In this document: piece after piece, positions 1 to 9,827 of the stretch
Numbering within the stretch: position 1 is the stretch's first letter
Layout: every line of letters begins with the position of its first letter
Assembly: GCA_048939995.1 (NCBI GenBank)
Contig: JBHLOY010000001.1
Location: 32,001-96,000, forward strand
DNA length: 64,000 nt
Source of the DNA: Promethearchaeota archaeon
GTDB taxonomy: Archaea; Asgardarchaeota; Lokiarchaeia; Sigyniarchaeales; SOKP01
Reading direction: 5' to 3'
Position numbers and translations under genes: made by a program
Notes under the pieces: generated by a model
The model's input: only the letters and a program-made list of their open reading frames with translations
Told to the model about the DNA's origin: nothing
Database searches by the model: none

Positions 1-984
1 ACAAACGGAATTTTTATGGTTTCTGCGATGTTTTTAAATCCAAATGAAACAATAATTTGCCCAAATAAACGATGGGAGAATTATGATAATATTTTTAACA
101 CCTTTTTAGGAGCCAATATCCAATCTTTTAAATTTTTTGCGGACGATAAATTAAACATTAATGCATTAAGTGAAGCGATTTATAAGGTTTCAGAAAAACA
201 AGATAAAATTATTATAATTCTAGGATTTCCAAACAATCCAACTGGGTTTATCCCTTCAAAAGAGGAGAGTGCTGAATTAATAGAAGTTTTAAAAAATATT
301 CAAATAGAACTTAAAAAGCCAATTTTAGTTCTTAATGATGATGCTTATGAACCCTATATTTTTAGCGAGAATGTAATTAATCGTTCTTTATTTTACGATC
401 TTCATCAACTCAATGAGAATATAGTTCCTATTAAATTGGACGGTATAACAAAAGAACTTTTATTGTATGGTGGTCGAATAGGTTTTGTCACTATAGGCTT
501 AAAGCCAGAATGGGTGAATAATGATATTGAGTTAGAGATGCTTAAAAAGCAAATTGACAATAAACTTTCTGGTTTTAATAGAACTACGATTTCAAATTGT
601 AATCATTTTTATCAAGCAGTAACTTCAAGAATCTTCAAGGAACATGGAATGGATGATATTTTAAAAACTAGAGGCTTTATTGAGAACATTCTTAGACGTA
701 GATTTGAAAAAATAAATGAAGAATTAAAGAAGATTGAAACTCATGATATATCTATTGATCCCCATGGCGGAGGTTTTTTTGTATTTTTAAATTTAAACCC
801 TAACAAAATTAGAGCAACTGAATTTGCGGATCATCTACTGAAAAACTATAAAGTAGGAATAATCCCAATTGAAAATAGAGGGGAAAATATCAATGGTATC
901 AGAATTGCTTTTTGTTCAATTGACATTAATCAAATTCCAGAAATTATAAATCGAATAAATCTGGCGTTAGGAGATTTTAAATAA
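1..984 (+). CDS. PLP-dependent class I/II aminotransferase (5'-truncated by window edge)
   Basis: Frame is open from base 1. Motifs FPNNPTG, DDAY, PLP-lysine region GITKE..YGGRIG and terminal RIAF. Confidence 0.85.
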   Translation, partial: TNGIFMVSAMFLNPNETIICPNKRWENYDNIFNTFLGANIQSFKFFADDKLNINALSEAIYKVSEKQDKIIIILGFPNNPTGFIPSKEESAELIEVLKNIQIELKKPILVLNDDAYEPYIFSENVINRSLFYDLHQLNENIVPIKLDGITKELLLYGGRIGFVTIGLKPEWVNNDIELEMLKKQIDNKLSGFNRTTISNCNHFYQAVTSRIFKEHGMDDILKTRGFIENILRRRFEKINEELKKIETHDISIDPHGGGFFVFLNLNPNKIRATEFADHLLKNYKVGIIPIENRGENINGIRIAFCSIDINQIPEIINRINLALGDFK

Positions 985-1107
985 TCGTTAATGTTTTTTC
1001 CATATTACTATAATATATATCAAATTGATTTAATGCGTGATTTTATATATTCTAACTTTTATAACATATATAAATTATTTAAGAATAAATTGAAGTGAAA
1101 TATCAAA

Positions 1108-2115
1108 ATGAAACTATATTTGGTCAATAAGGGGGAACTTAACGAGATTAATAATCCCGTTCTATCAAAAGGAGATGTTTACCTTCTTGATGACCAGAAA
1201 ACAATCTACGTTTGGATCGGGAGTAAGTGTTCAGTTGACGAGAAAACAAGTGGTGCTGCTCAAGCAAGAAAGTTGGATCAAGAAAGAGGAGGGGCTGCTA
1301 AGATAATTACTGTTGATGAGGGACTAGAATCAAATGATTTTCTTAAAGCTATCAGTTCTATGGGAACAATAAAAATAGTTGAAAAAAATATTGCCAAAAC
1401 GCTGTTAAAAGACGTGGCTACTGGTGATTGGGCTGGATTTACCGAACATGTTAATGTTTTATATAGGGTATCTTCAGAGGAATTTGAAGGTATAAACGCT
1501 ATGAAAATGGTTCAAGTACCGTTTTCTAAAAGTTCTTTAGACACAGAAGATTGTTTTCTAGCTGATCTGGGTACTAAAGTCTATATATGGCAAGGTTCAC
1601 AATGTAATGTCAAAGAAAAAGTAAAATCAGGTCAATGGGCGCGTCAAATTGACGCTGATCGTCCAGGCCTTCAAAATGAAACGATATTTGAAGAAGGAGA
1701 TGATACTGAATTTCTAGCTTCTTTAGAGCGAGGTGAACATTATAAAGAATCGGATGCTGTCCAATTGAGGGCAGAATCTGAGTTAGAACCCGAAATTGAA
1801 GCAGATAAAGTAGAAATTAAACCTGAAACAAAAGCAGTAATTAGAGAAGTAACACCTGAAGAAATTAAAGCAGATATTGCCGAATTAAAAGCAGCAAGTC
1901 CTTCTGGTGCAGCACCGGGAATTCCTGGTTCTTCTGATGATCTACTAACTATTGAGAAAATTGAAGGAAGAAGACGTTGTCCTAAATGTGGAAATGAAGA
2001 TAAAATGTTGATTCATGAGAGTGTTGATAAAGGAAATATAATTCTAGATTATCCAAGAATGTATGGTAAGAAATACCGCTGCGGGCAGTGTGGGATAGAA
2101 TGGCGTGAAAAGTAA
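1108..2115 (+). CDS. Two-domain gelsolin-like actin regulator with acidic linker and C-terminal Zn ribbon
   Basis: Two gelsolin repeats (LSKGDVYLLD..IYVWIGSKCSVDEK; LDTEDCFLAD..VYIWQGSQCNVKEK), then CPKC...CGQC. Confidence 0.9.
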   Translation: MKLYLVNKGELNEINNPVLSKGDVYLLDDQKTIYVWIGSKCSVDEKTSGAAQARKLDQERGGAAKIITVDEGLESNDFLKAISSMGTIKIVEKNIAKTLLKDVATGDWAGFTEHVNVLYRVSSEEFEGINAMKMVQVPFSKSSLDTEDCFLADLGTKVYIWQGSQCNVKEKVKSGQWARQIDADRPGLQNETIFEEGDDTEFLASLERGEHYKESDAVQLRAESELEPEIEADKVEIKPETKAVIREVTPEEIKADIAELKAASPSGAAPGIPGSSDDLLTIEKIEGRRRCPKCGNEDKMLIHESVDKGNIILDYPRMYGKKYRCGQCGIEWREK

Positions 2116-2214
2116 ATAAATATAATTTTATTTTAATCTTTTTTAAAGCTCTCTTTGGCAAGAGCCCTTAAGCTAAAGTGTTAAAAGTAAAATACTGGTT
2201 TAATTAAAGAAATT

Positions 2215-3489
2215 TTAAGGTTTTTGTAAATCCCTACGCATTAGTTTGATCTTTTTCTTTAGTTCAATTATTTCTATATCTTTTTTCTCAATTTCAGATT
2301 GAAGTTTTAATCTTGAATCCTTTATATTCTGCATTTCTCCTAAAATCCTGTCTTCAATTTGTTCAGCTTCATATAGTTTATTTTTCAAGGTAGCTTCTTG
2401 TTTTTTTAGATCTTTTATTTCATTAGTTTGTTCTTCAATAATATTACGTAAGCTTGCAATTTCTAATTCAACTTTTCCAATGATATTGCCAGATTTTTCT
2501 TGGGATTCTTCTAATTGCTTTTCTATTCGATTTATGTACTCTTCCCGTGTTTTATCCTTTTGAGTAAACTTCTCAATCTCTAAAACTAATTCTTTTATTC
2601 TTTCTTCTTTTTTCTCAAGATCTTTCTTTACTAAACTAAATGTTTCAACTTGCTGTTGTAGTTCTTTTAGTTTTTTATTCGCCGTTTCTAGGTTGTTTTC
2701 AGTTGAGAAAATAGTTTTTTCCTTTTCGGTTATTACTTCATCTTTTTTCTCTAAAAGAAGTTGAAGCTTATCAAATTTAGATTTTTGTACAGTATCTTTT
2801 TCGAGATATTGTACTTGTTCTAAGAGTTCTTTAAGTTTATTGTCTTTTTCATTTAATTTTTCAACTAGATCTTTATTTACCGATTGTTCAGAATTTAATT
2901 GCTCTAATTCTTTTGTTAATGTTTGATTTTCTTTGATTTGTTCTTGGATTTTATCATTTAATTTGTCTATTTTATTTGTATGGTCTTGCATTAGTTGGTT
3001 TTTCTCCTTTATCGATGAATTTAATTTTTCAATTTCTTGTCGAAATGATTCTAATTGTTCATTTAACTGGTTAATCTCTTGATTTTTACTCTCTACTATT
3101 TTATTCAATTCTACTTCGCTTTGAGTAGGCTCAGAAGTTACATCTATTTTCATTTCTAATTCCTTTATGAAGTCATCTTTCTTTACAATTGTCTGAAGTA
3201 AATTTTCTATGGTGGTATTATTTTGGTCCGCGAGTTGTTGAAGTTTATCATTTTCCTGTAAGAGGAATTCATAGTCGTTACCTCTTTTTTCCAATTCTTC
3301 TGATAATCTTACAATTTGTTCATTTAGTTTTCTATTTTGATCAATTAAATTATCTAATTGTTCTTGAAGATTTTCTTCCTCTGTTATAGGTTTTTCAGTT
3401 TCCTCCTTTTCCTCTACCCAACCAAGAGACGATAGTGCTTCCGAAATCGATTCATCTTCATCTTTTTGATTGTTAAGTTTATCTGGCAT
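2215..3489 (-). CDS. Long coiled-coil protein
   Basis: 424 aa, E/K/Q/L-rich heptads with almost no Pro/Gly; no catalytic motif. Confidence 0.75.
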   Translation of the reverse strand: MPDKLNNQKDEDESISEALSSLGWVEEKEETEKPITEEENLQEQLDNLIDQNRKLNEQIVRLSEELEKRGNDYEFLLQENDKLQQLADQNNTTIENLLQTIVKKDDFIKELEMKIDVTSEPTQSEVELNKIVESKNQEINQLNEQLESFRQEIEKLNSSIKEKNQLMQDHTNKIDKLNDKIQEQIKENQTLTKELEQLNSEQSVNKDLVEKLNEKDNKLKELLEQVQYLEKDTVQKSKFDKLQLLLEKKDEVITEKEKTIFSTENNLETANKKLKELQQQVETFSLVKKDLEKKEERIKELVLEIEKFTQKDKTREEYINRIEKQLEESQEKSGNIIGKVELEIASLRNIIEEQTNEIKDLKKQEATLKNKLYEAEQIEDRILGEMQNIKDSRLKLQSEIEKKDIEIIELKKKIKLMRRDLQKP

Positions 3490-3603
3490 AATATAAAAAA
3501 CAATTTTTGATCTATTAAATTTTTCTACTCTTAATAAATATTATATATTTTGCTATAAAATACCTAAAAATATTACAAAAGTAATCAGAAAATGCAGGAT
3601 ATA

Positions 3604-4086
3604 CTATTGTGAGTAATCTTGAGTGAATACGTATTTTCTATCAAGGAAAAATTTAGTAAGATAACCAATAGAAAGTGCTATAATAAAGCTTATTTCTAGT
3701 GGAGTATGTAAAAGATTAGTGAGAAGAAATTGTATTCCGATATTCTCTATAGTTGTTAATATAGCGAATAAAAAATACTTAAGGAATTCCTTGGAAGTTT
3801 CTTTTAATTTAGTTCCACTTTTTTTAAAAACAATATATTTATCTAAAAAGAATTTAATAATGTAGGTTATTCCGACAGCTAGAATTGAGCCGATTAACTC
3901 AGGCATGTTATAGGGAGTTTTTGAACAATATAACGAATAAATAATGGGGTTATGCCCAAAATTAATGCATATTAGCGGTTCGATTAAAATTTGATTAGTT
4001 TTCTGAATAAAATAATTTAAAAGAATCATACATGCCGCAAAAACAAAGTACAATATCATTTGATTTTTTATATTATTTTTACTCAT
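3604..4086 (-). CDS. GtrA-family membrane protein
   Basis: Four hydrophobic segments; duplicated KFFLD(K/R)..(I/Y)VF motif. Confidence 0.75.
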   Translation of the reverse strand: MSKNNIKNQMILYFVFAACMILLNYFIQKTNQILIEPLICINFGHNPIIYSLYCSKTPYNMPELIGSILAVGITYIIKFFLDKYIVFKKSGTKLKETSKEFLKYFLFAILTTIENIGIQFLLTNLLHTPLEISFIIALSIGYLTKFFLDRKYVFTQDYSQ

Positions 4087-4101
4087 GATATTTATGACCA
4101 G

Positions 4102-4425
4102 TTAAGTTTTAATTTTTTTTCCGCAGTGAGGACAGAATCTTAAGTTTTGTTCTAAAATTATTTTATTACAAAATACACATCTTTTTTCATCACTTTTTGT
4201 CATTTTTACTAAATTTTCTTGTTCATCTTCGTGGTTCTCCATATCTCCTGAATAATTAGAGGTTACGTCTCTTGTTTCTTCAACTCTTCTTCTAATCCCA
4301 CAAGAAAGAGGTAAAAAAAAGAAAAAGGGAAAAAAGATGAAAAATTCTCCCAAAATTAAGCTCAAGACTAAAAAGATTATTGAAAAAATTACTAAACCAA
4401 CAAATAATACTTTATAATACTTCAT
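4102..4425 (-). CDS. Small membrane protein with C-terminal double Zn ribbon motif
   Basis: N-terminal hydrophobic hairpin; CVFC...FCPHCG. Confidence 0.7.
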   Translation of the reverse strand: MKYYKVLFVGLVIFSIIFLVLSLILGEFFIFFPFFFFLPLSCGIRRRVEETRDVTSNYSGDMENHEDEQENLVKMTKSDEKRCVFCNKIILEQNLRFCPHCGKKIKT

Positions 4426-4465
4426 ACCTATATAGATTACAAATTAACTATTTTGGGATATTTAT

Positions 4466-5086
4466 CTATTCCTTTTTAATTCTATCTTTCCAAGAGTCCA
4501 ACTTTTCAGTTTTTTTTTCTTGTTCAGAATTCTGAAAGGATGATTGCAATGGTCTAGTTAGTTGAAAACCTGATCCAGTTTCCTCTGATCTTGGAGATAA
4601 TACATCCATTACTTCTTTTGAAATTCTAGCTTTAGGATCTGTTTTACCAGTTATCTTTCGATATAATCTTTTTATTCCATATGCTAATAGCGAAAAGCTG
4701 AGAGAAAAAAGGAAATACAAAGCGACCCAACCATCTCCAAGAAGGGGTATAAAGAAAGGTAATAGCCCAGATGCATAATTAGCATAAAATATTCCAATTA
4801 TGGCGAAAATTCCTAGAAATACTATGCATCTAAGACAAGTAGGTATCAACTGTTTTTTCATCATTTGTTTCATTAAAGAAGTAGATTCTTGCTGTAATTT
4901 GAGGAGTGCTTGAACGTCACCAGTTATTTGAGCTGTTCTCATACGTTCTTGAAGATTCAGCGCTTTTTCTCTCATTTCTTTCGCGGTGTTAAGATTTATA
5001 CCTAGAAGTCTATTAAGTAGTAAACTCAAAGCTACCATTCCCATACTGATAAGCATTATTTGAAGGATAATATCTACATTTGTCAA
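4466..5086 (-). CDS. DUF106 / EMC3-TMCO1 (Oxa1 superfamily) membrane insertase-like protein
   Basis: TM1, cytosolic coiled coil (LQER..QQE..LMKQMMK), TM2, then LPF...GWVALYFL TM3. Confidence 0.75.
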   Translation of the reverse strand: MTNVDIILQIMLISMGMVALSLLLNRLLGINLNTAKEMREKALNLQERMRTAQITGDVQALLKLQQESTSLMKQMMKKQLIPTCLRCIVFLGIFAIIGIFYANYASGLLPFFIPLLGDGWVALYFLFSLSFSLLAYGIKRLYRKITGKTDPKARISKEVMDVLSPRSEETGSGFQLTRPLQSSFQNSEQEKKTEKLDSWKDRIKKE

Positions 5087-5168
5087 ACTTTAATCACTAT
5101 AATTAGGAAGATTCAATTTCAATTAAATTTTTTTAAAAATCTTTAGCTGGATTTTGTATAAAATGAAT

Positions 5169-6266
5169 TCACTTTAAATTACCTTTAAAGTAACCTTGTA
5201 TGTATTTTGAAAAAAGAGCTCCCAAACTATTAGGTAAACTAGATACGAGAGCACATCCAAAATAACACCCATTACAAAATTGGAAATCATCTCGCCTACG
5301 TATTAATTCTTTTACCTCTTTTACATTGTAAATGAATGGTAACGGATACTTTAAAGCATCAATACTTAATAAAGGATGGATTTTGCATGGAAAAGCAATA
5401 TAACCATCCCATCTTACAAAAATATAGGTCTCCGACACATGGCAGCGCAAATACTTTTGTAGATACTTGGGAAAGCCTCCAAAGCCGCCACTTTCTACAA
5501 CTTTTATACTAAAGGGGTCAGTTAATACGTTTTTAAACTTTTTTCTTAAACTTCGAATCGTCTTCCCCCAGAATGATATATCTGGAATCACTTCTTGGAT
5601 GTTTTCAATAAAGTATTTCTCATTATAAAATTCTCTGATTATATCCTCACAGGGATATAATTCAATTGCGACATTAAGTTTCTCAGCTAGAGCACAGATT
5701 TTCTCAAGTGAATTGATGTTATCCTTCATAACAACAGTATTTATTATTACATTAATATCATTTTTATTCGCGATGTTTATGGTTTCAAGAGCTTTATCAT
5801 ATACTTTAATCCCTCGTTTTTTATCATGCAATTCTGCATTTGGATAATCAATTGAAAGTAATATGTAATCCAATCCCTTCAAACCTCCATTTTTTTTTAA
5901 TAATTTTGGCATTAAGTATCCATTTGTGGCGATTCCAATTGTGAGATCGTGTTTGATCCCAGTATAACGAATAAGTTCTGGTAAATCGTTCCTTAATGTG
6001 GGTTCACCACCAGTAAAAGAGATAACATTAACTCCCATTTCTGCTATTTGATCAATCAAATATTTTATTTGCATAGTATCCATTTCATTTTTTATTAAAA
6101 ATTCTGGTAATCGCGGGATTGAACAAAAAGAACAAGTTGCATTGCATCGTAAAGTGATTTCTATTTGCGCAGAGTATGGTATTTTGATGCTTGTAAATTT
6201 ATTCAAACTAAAATTTCTTATATATTTAAATACGTTTTTGGCTCTCGCTATAGTTATAGAATTCAA
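5169..6266 (-). CDS. Radical SAM protein with SPASM/twitch-like C-terminus
   Basis: CNATCSFC, FTGGEP, TNG; C-terminal C..PC..CNGCYFGC. Confidence 0.9.
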   Translation of the reverse strand: MNSITIARAKNVFKYIRNFSLNKFTSIKIPYSAQIEITLRCNATCSFCSIPRLPEFLIKNEMDTMQIKYLIDQIAEMGVNVISFTGGEPTLRNDLPELIRYTGIKHDLTIGIATNGYLMPKLLKKNGGLKGLDYILLSIDYPNAELHDKKRGIKVYDKALETINIANKNDINVIINTVVMKDNINSLEKICALAEKLNVAIELYPCEDIIREFYNEKYFIENIQEVIPDISFWGKTIRSLRKKFKNVLTDPFSIKVVESGGFGGFPKYLQKYLRCHVSETYIFVRWDGYIAFPCKIHPLLSIDALKYPLPFIYNVKEVKELIRRRDDFQFCNGCYFGCALVSSLPNSLGALFSKYIQGYFKGNLK

Positions 6267-6446
6267 CTTTGAAAGGTATATAAATAAGGGAATTAAAAAT
6301 TTAATCTATAATATATTATAGATTAACACTCTTAAGAATTTTTAAAGAGAGGATATTAAATTATTATCAAGATTTTATGACCCCACTGAAGGAGTTATTA
6401 AAATGGTGTATTTTTCAATAAAAAATTGAAAAGCATAAATTGAAAT

Positions 6447-6776
6447 TTACAATTCCTTACCACAGCGTTTACATATGTATTTTTTAGCGTAGATCTTAAT
6501 TCCACCCATTTGGTGTAATACCTGGTTTTTGTCTTCTTCGGTTCTAAAATCAGTACCTCCACAATCGGGACAGACTCTCCTACCCTCAACAGGTGGATGT
6601 TCCAATGCTTTTTCCTCCTCTTCTTGTTTTTCAACTACTGCAGATGGCTTAACAGCCCCCTCATTAACAATTTCATCGATTTTGGAATTTTGGGAATTAG
6701 AAGGATTCAGAAGTTGATCTAACTTACTATTAATTTGTTCTAGTAATGATATTACTTTTTCTTCAAATGATGACAT
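6447..6776 (-). CDS. Small protein: short N-terminal coiled coil plus C4 Zn ribbon paralogous to the gelsolin tail
   Basis: EGRRVCPDCG...YAKKYICKRCG matches the C-terminus of 1108..2115. Confidence 0.8.
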   Translation of the reverse strand: MSSFEEKVISLLEQINSKLDQLLNPSNSQNSKIDEIVNEGAVKPSAVVEKQEEEEKALEHPPVEGRRVCPDCGGTDFRTEEDKNQVLHQMGGIKIYAKKYICKRCGKEL

Positions 6777-6860
6777 CTTAATTTCTCTGGGCTAAATTCA
6801 TTTTAAATAACAGATCTAAAAATATTCTTAAAAATGTTTGTAAAAGAATAAATTTACTTC

Positions 6861-7316
6861 TTATATTTCTCGTCTTTTTCCTTCTATAGATTCAAAGTAA
6901 TCTAAAATAGATTGTTTAATTTCTCTTGCGGGATATACCAACCTAGATTGATTTACATAACTTAAAGCGTCCTTCCATGACCAGTTAGGGTGTACTTTCA
7001 TTAACCAAGCCACAACTATTCCTCCAGATCTACTTATTCCCATAGAGCAGTGAACAAAAACTTTTCCTTCTCGAATATTTATATCAATAAATTCTAAAAT
7101 CTCCTTGATAAACCTATGTGGAGGATACCAATCATCAGGAAATCCTTTATGTAAGTAAGTAAAACCTTGAGAGGTCGGGTTATATAGATTTTCTTCCATT
7201 AAATTAACTATGGCAGTGATACCTAGTTCTTTAAATTTCTCGAAATTTAATCTTGGCCAATAAGCTCCTATATATAGATTATCATCTATTCTATAAATTT
7301 GATCTAATTCTGCCAT
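6861..7316 (-). CDS. Dual-specificity protein phosphatase
   Basis: VFVHCSMGISRS (HCx5R) P-loop; IDDNLYIG N-terminus. Confidence 0.9.
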   Translation of the reverse strand: MAELDQIYRIDDNLYIGAYWPRLNFEKFKELGITAIVNLMEENLYNPTSQGFTYLHKGFPDDWYPPHRFIKEILEFIDINIREGKVFVHCSMGISRSGGIVVAWLMKVHPNWSWKDALSYVNQSRLVYPAREIKQSILDYFESIEGKRREI

Positions 7317-7386
7317 AGATAAGTAGGTTCCTAACTCTTTATTTAAGAAGAAGTTTTGTATTCAAAAAATTTTTTGTTTTTAGAAA

Positions 7387-8034
7387 CTAACAACCTTCAG
7401 AAACTTTCTTTATTTTAACAAAAAATCTACCGGTTTTTTTCATATAGTTAGCATAATCTTCTCCAAAATACTCTAAAAGGATTTTTTCTTCATCTATTGC
7501 TTGAAAATATAATCCTACTGCACCTAATAGGTATAATATTAATAAAAGCCAGTCTAATAAAATCATATTAAATCCTATACAAAATATGTTAAAAGAAAGA
7601 TATACTGGGTGCCTGATTTTTCCGTATATCCCTGTTCTTACAAAGTCTTTCTTTTTTTTCATACCATTAATAGGGTAAGACCAATATATACCCAATTTTC
7701 TGTAGGCTAACAATAAAGTGATATTACCTCCAATAACTAGAGTGAAACCAATAATCTGTACAATTTCACTAATTGAAAATAGATTAATTTTTGGAAATAT
7801 AAGAATCCAGTAATTATATATGAATATATTAAGACAACATAAAAATATGAATGTGTTTATAATATGGATGCTGATTCTCGCAAATAATCTGGCCTCTTTT
7901 AAACGATTGTTAATCCCATTATTAACATTTTCTTTTTTATGTCTTCTTTTAAAAAGAATAATATACGTAATATTATATCCAAAGATAAAGAAACTGATAA
8001 TGAGAAATAAACGTATAACAATTGAATTTAACAT
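7387..8034 (-). CDS. ICMT/PEMT-family membrane methyltransferase
   Basis: GIYGKIRHPVY; EEKILLEYFGEDYANY..TGRF. Confidence 0.85.
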   Translation of the reverse strand: MLNSIVIRLFLIISFFIFGYNITYIILFKRRHKKENVNNGINNRLKEARLFARISIHIINTFIFLCCLNIFIYNYWILIFPKINLFSISEIVQIIGFTLVIGGNITLLLAYRKLGIYWSYPINGMKKKKDFVRTGIYGKIRHPVYLSFNIFCIGFNMILLDWLLLILYLLGAVGLYFQAIDEEKILLEYFGEDYANYMKKTGRFFVKIKKVSEGC

Positions 8035-8132
8035 TATAGATCCAATTTTTGTATTATAAAAATATGAATTGAATAACTTTTAAAAAATATTTTGAAATAA
8101 AACAAATAAGTAAAAAGGATAATATAGTAAAT

Positions 8133-8522
8133 CTATTCTACTCTAATTAAGTCCCTACTTGCTATTACATTGGCTTCTAATCCAAGTACATTTTCAATTA
8201 GAATATCCCCCATTTTTATTGGGGCTTCTACTTTCAATATTGCTATTTCTCTTAGAACATCTTTTAATTTATCTTTAAGAATAGCTTTATCGGTTCTTAC
8301 GGGAATTATGGGTAAAAAACCATGCTCTATCCTTATTGTTGTAGTAAGAATTCTCTTAGGTTCATAGAATTCCTGTTGAGAATATTCCAAACCACGATCA
8401 CATGTATATCCTTCGAATGTTACTTTTTCATTAGAATCCTTCTTAACTTTTATTTCACAACCCGTTGGGCATACAATACATCGGATTATTCTTATTGTAC
8501 TTAATTCTGAAATTTTTTTCAC
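8133..8522 (-). CDS. DUF1667 protein (accessory subunit of the FAD oxidoreductase operon)
   Basis: CIVCPTGC, GYTCDRG..Y, PKRILTTT; third gene of a conserved trio. Confidence 0.85.
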   Translation of the reverse strand: MKKISELSTIRIIRCIVCPTGCEIKVKKDSNEKVTFEGYTCDRGLEYSQQEFYEPKRILTTTIRIEHGFLPIIPVRTDKAILKDKLKDVLREIAILKVEAPIKMGDILIENVLGLEANVIASRDLIRVE

Positions 8523-8528
8523 CTCATT

Positions 8529-9827
8529 TTAATCCTCTTCTATTAATACCTCTGGACGAGGAATTACTTCCACTGTAACCGTCTGACAGTTAGGACATAT
8601 TCCTTCTTTCTTTAGATTTATACTTAATTCTACCATTTCACTTGGAATCACATAAACTTTTTTACGCTTATATATAACGCTATTTTCTTCATCTTTAAAT
8701 TGTATGAGTACTCTTCTATCAGGATAACTAACTCTGAAAGTGAAAATTAAATCTTCTGATAGATCACTCTTATTTATTACATCAGGTTTAACGTAGTTCA
8801 CATTTTCTCCTGGGTTAAGTTTAATGATTTCACGAGTCTTGATTTCTTTCCCATATCTTTTTACAATATATTGAACAGCATTGAATCCAGTTCGTTTCGC
8901 TTCAGCTGAAACCAAATCAACCAAATCATGCACTTGTAATACGTTTCCACATGCAAAAATCCCTTCAATAGTAGTTTCTAAGTTATTATCAACAATAGGT
9001 CCACCATTTTTAGAAAGTTCCGCTCCTACTGATAATGTTAATTCATTTTCTGGAATTAGTCCGACTGATAAAAGTAAAGTATCACATTCGATGAACTTCT
9101 CAGACCCCACGATCCGATCAAAATTTCTATCGACTTTAGATATAGTAACTCCTTTAACTCTATCTCTTCCATGAATCTTGGTAACAGTATAACTGGTGAT
9201 CAAAGGGATTTCATAATCCTCCAAACATTGCACTTGATTTCTTAATAAACCACTAACATATGGTTGTATTTCAACTACAGCTTTTACTTTACACCCTTCC
9301 CATGTTAATCTACGTGCCATTATCATCCCAATATCTCCGCTCCCCAAGATCACAAAAGTAGTACCTGGTAGATAACCCTCAATATTTACAAATCGTTGAG
9401 CTTGCCCCGCTGTGTATATTCCTGAAGGCCTGAATCCAGGTATATTTATAGCACCCCTTGTTCTTTCTCTGCAACCCATAGCTAATATGATGGATTTTGC
9501 TCCAATTTCTATAAGACCTTCTTCTTTATTAACAGCGAATACTTTTTTATCCTTAGTTATCTCAATAACCATTGTATCTAATAAGTATGGGATTTTCAAA
9601 TCTTTTACTTGATTAATAAATCTCTGAATATATTCTGGTCCAGTTAATTCTTCTTTGAACTCTTTTAAACCAAATCCATTATGGATACATTGTAAAGTGA
9701 TTCCACCTAATTCTCGATCTCTTTCGACGATCAATACACTTAAATCTGCGTTCTTTACTTCAATAGCAGAGGCTAAACCTGCTGCTCCTGAACCTATAAT
9801 AACTACATCCGTATTATACTTTTTCAT
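8529..9827 (-). CDS. NAD(P)/FAD-dependent oxidoreductase (partner of G3P dehydrogenase-like subunit)
   Basis: GSGAAG, QCIHNGFG, MGCRERTRG, GSGDIG, GNVLQVHDLVD. Confidence 0.88.
   Translation of the reverse strand: MKKYNTDVVIIGSGAAGLASAIEVKNADLSVLIVERDRELGGITLQCIHNGFGLKEFKEELTGPEYIQRFINQVKDLKIPYLLDTMVIEITKDKKVFAVNKEEGLIEIGAKSIILAMGCRERTRGAINIPGFRPSGIYTAGQAQRFVNIEGYLPGTTFVILGSGDIGMIMARRLTWEGCKVKAVVEIQPYVSGLLRNQVQCLEDYEIPLITSYTVTKIHGRDRVKGVTISKVDRNFDRIVGSEKFIECDTLLLSVGLIPENELTLSVGAELSKNGGPIVDNNLETTIEGIFACGNVLQVHDLVDLVSAEAKRTGFNAVQYIVKRYGKEIKTREIIKLNPGENVNYVKPDVINKSDLSEDLIFTFRVSYPDRRVLIQFKDEENSVIYKRKKVYVIPSEMVELSINLKKEGICPNCQTVTVEVIPRPEVLIEED

Noticed and set aside
2215-3489. SMC/Rad50 call
   Set aside because: No Walker A/B, signature motif, hinge or Zn hook.
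7387-8034. ICMT-family gene as evidence of a prenylated-GTPase (CAAX) pathway
   Set aside because: The family is widespread in prokaryotes, and the Rab-like protein here has no C-terminal Cys.
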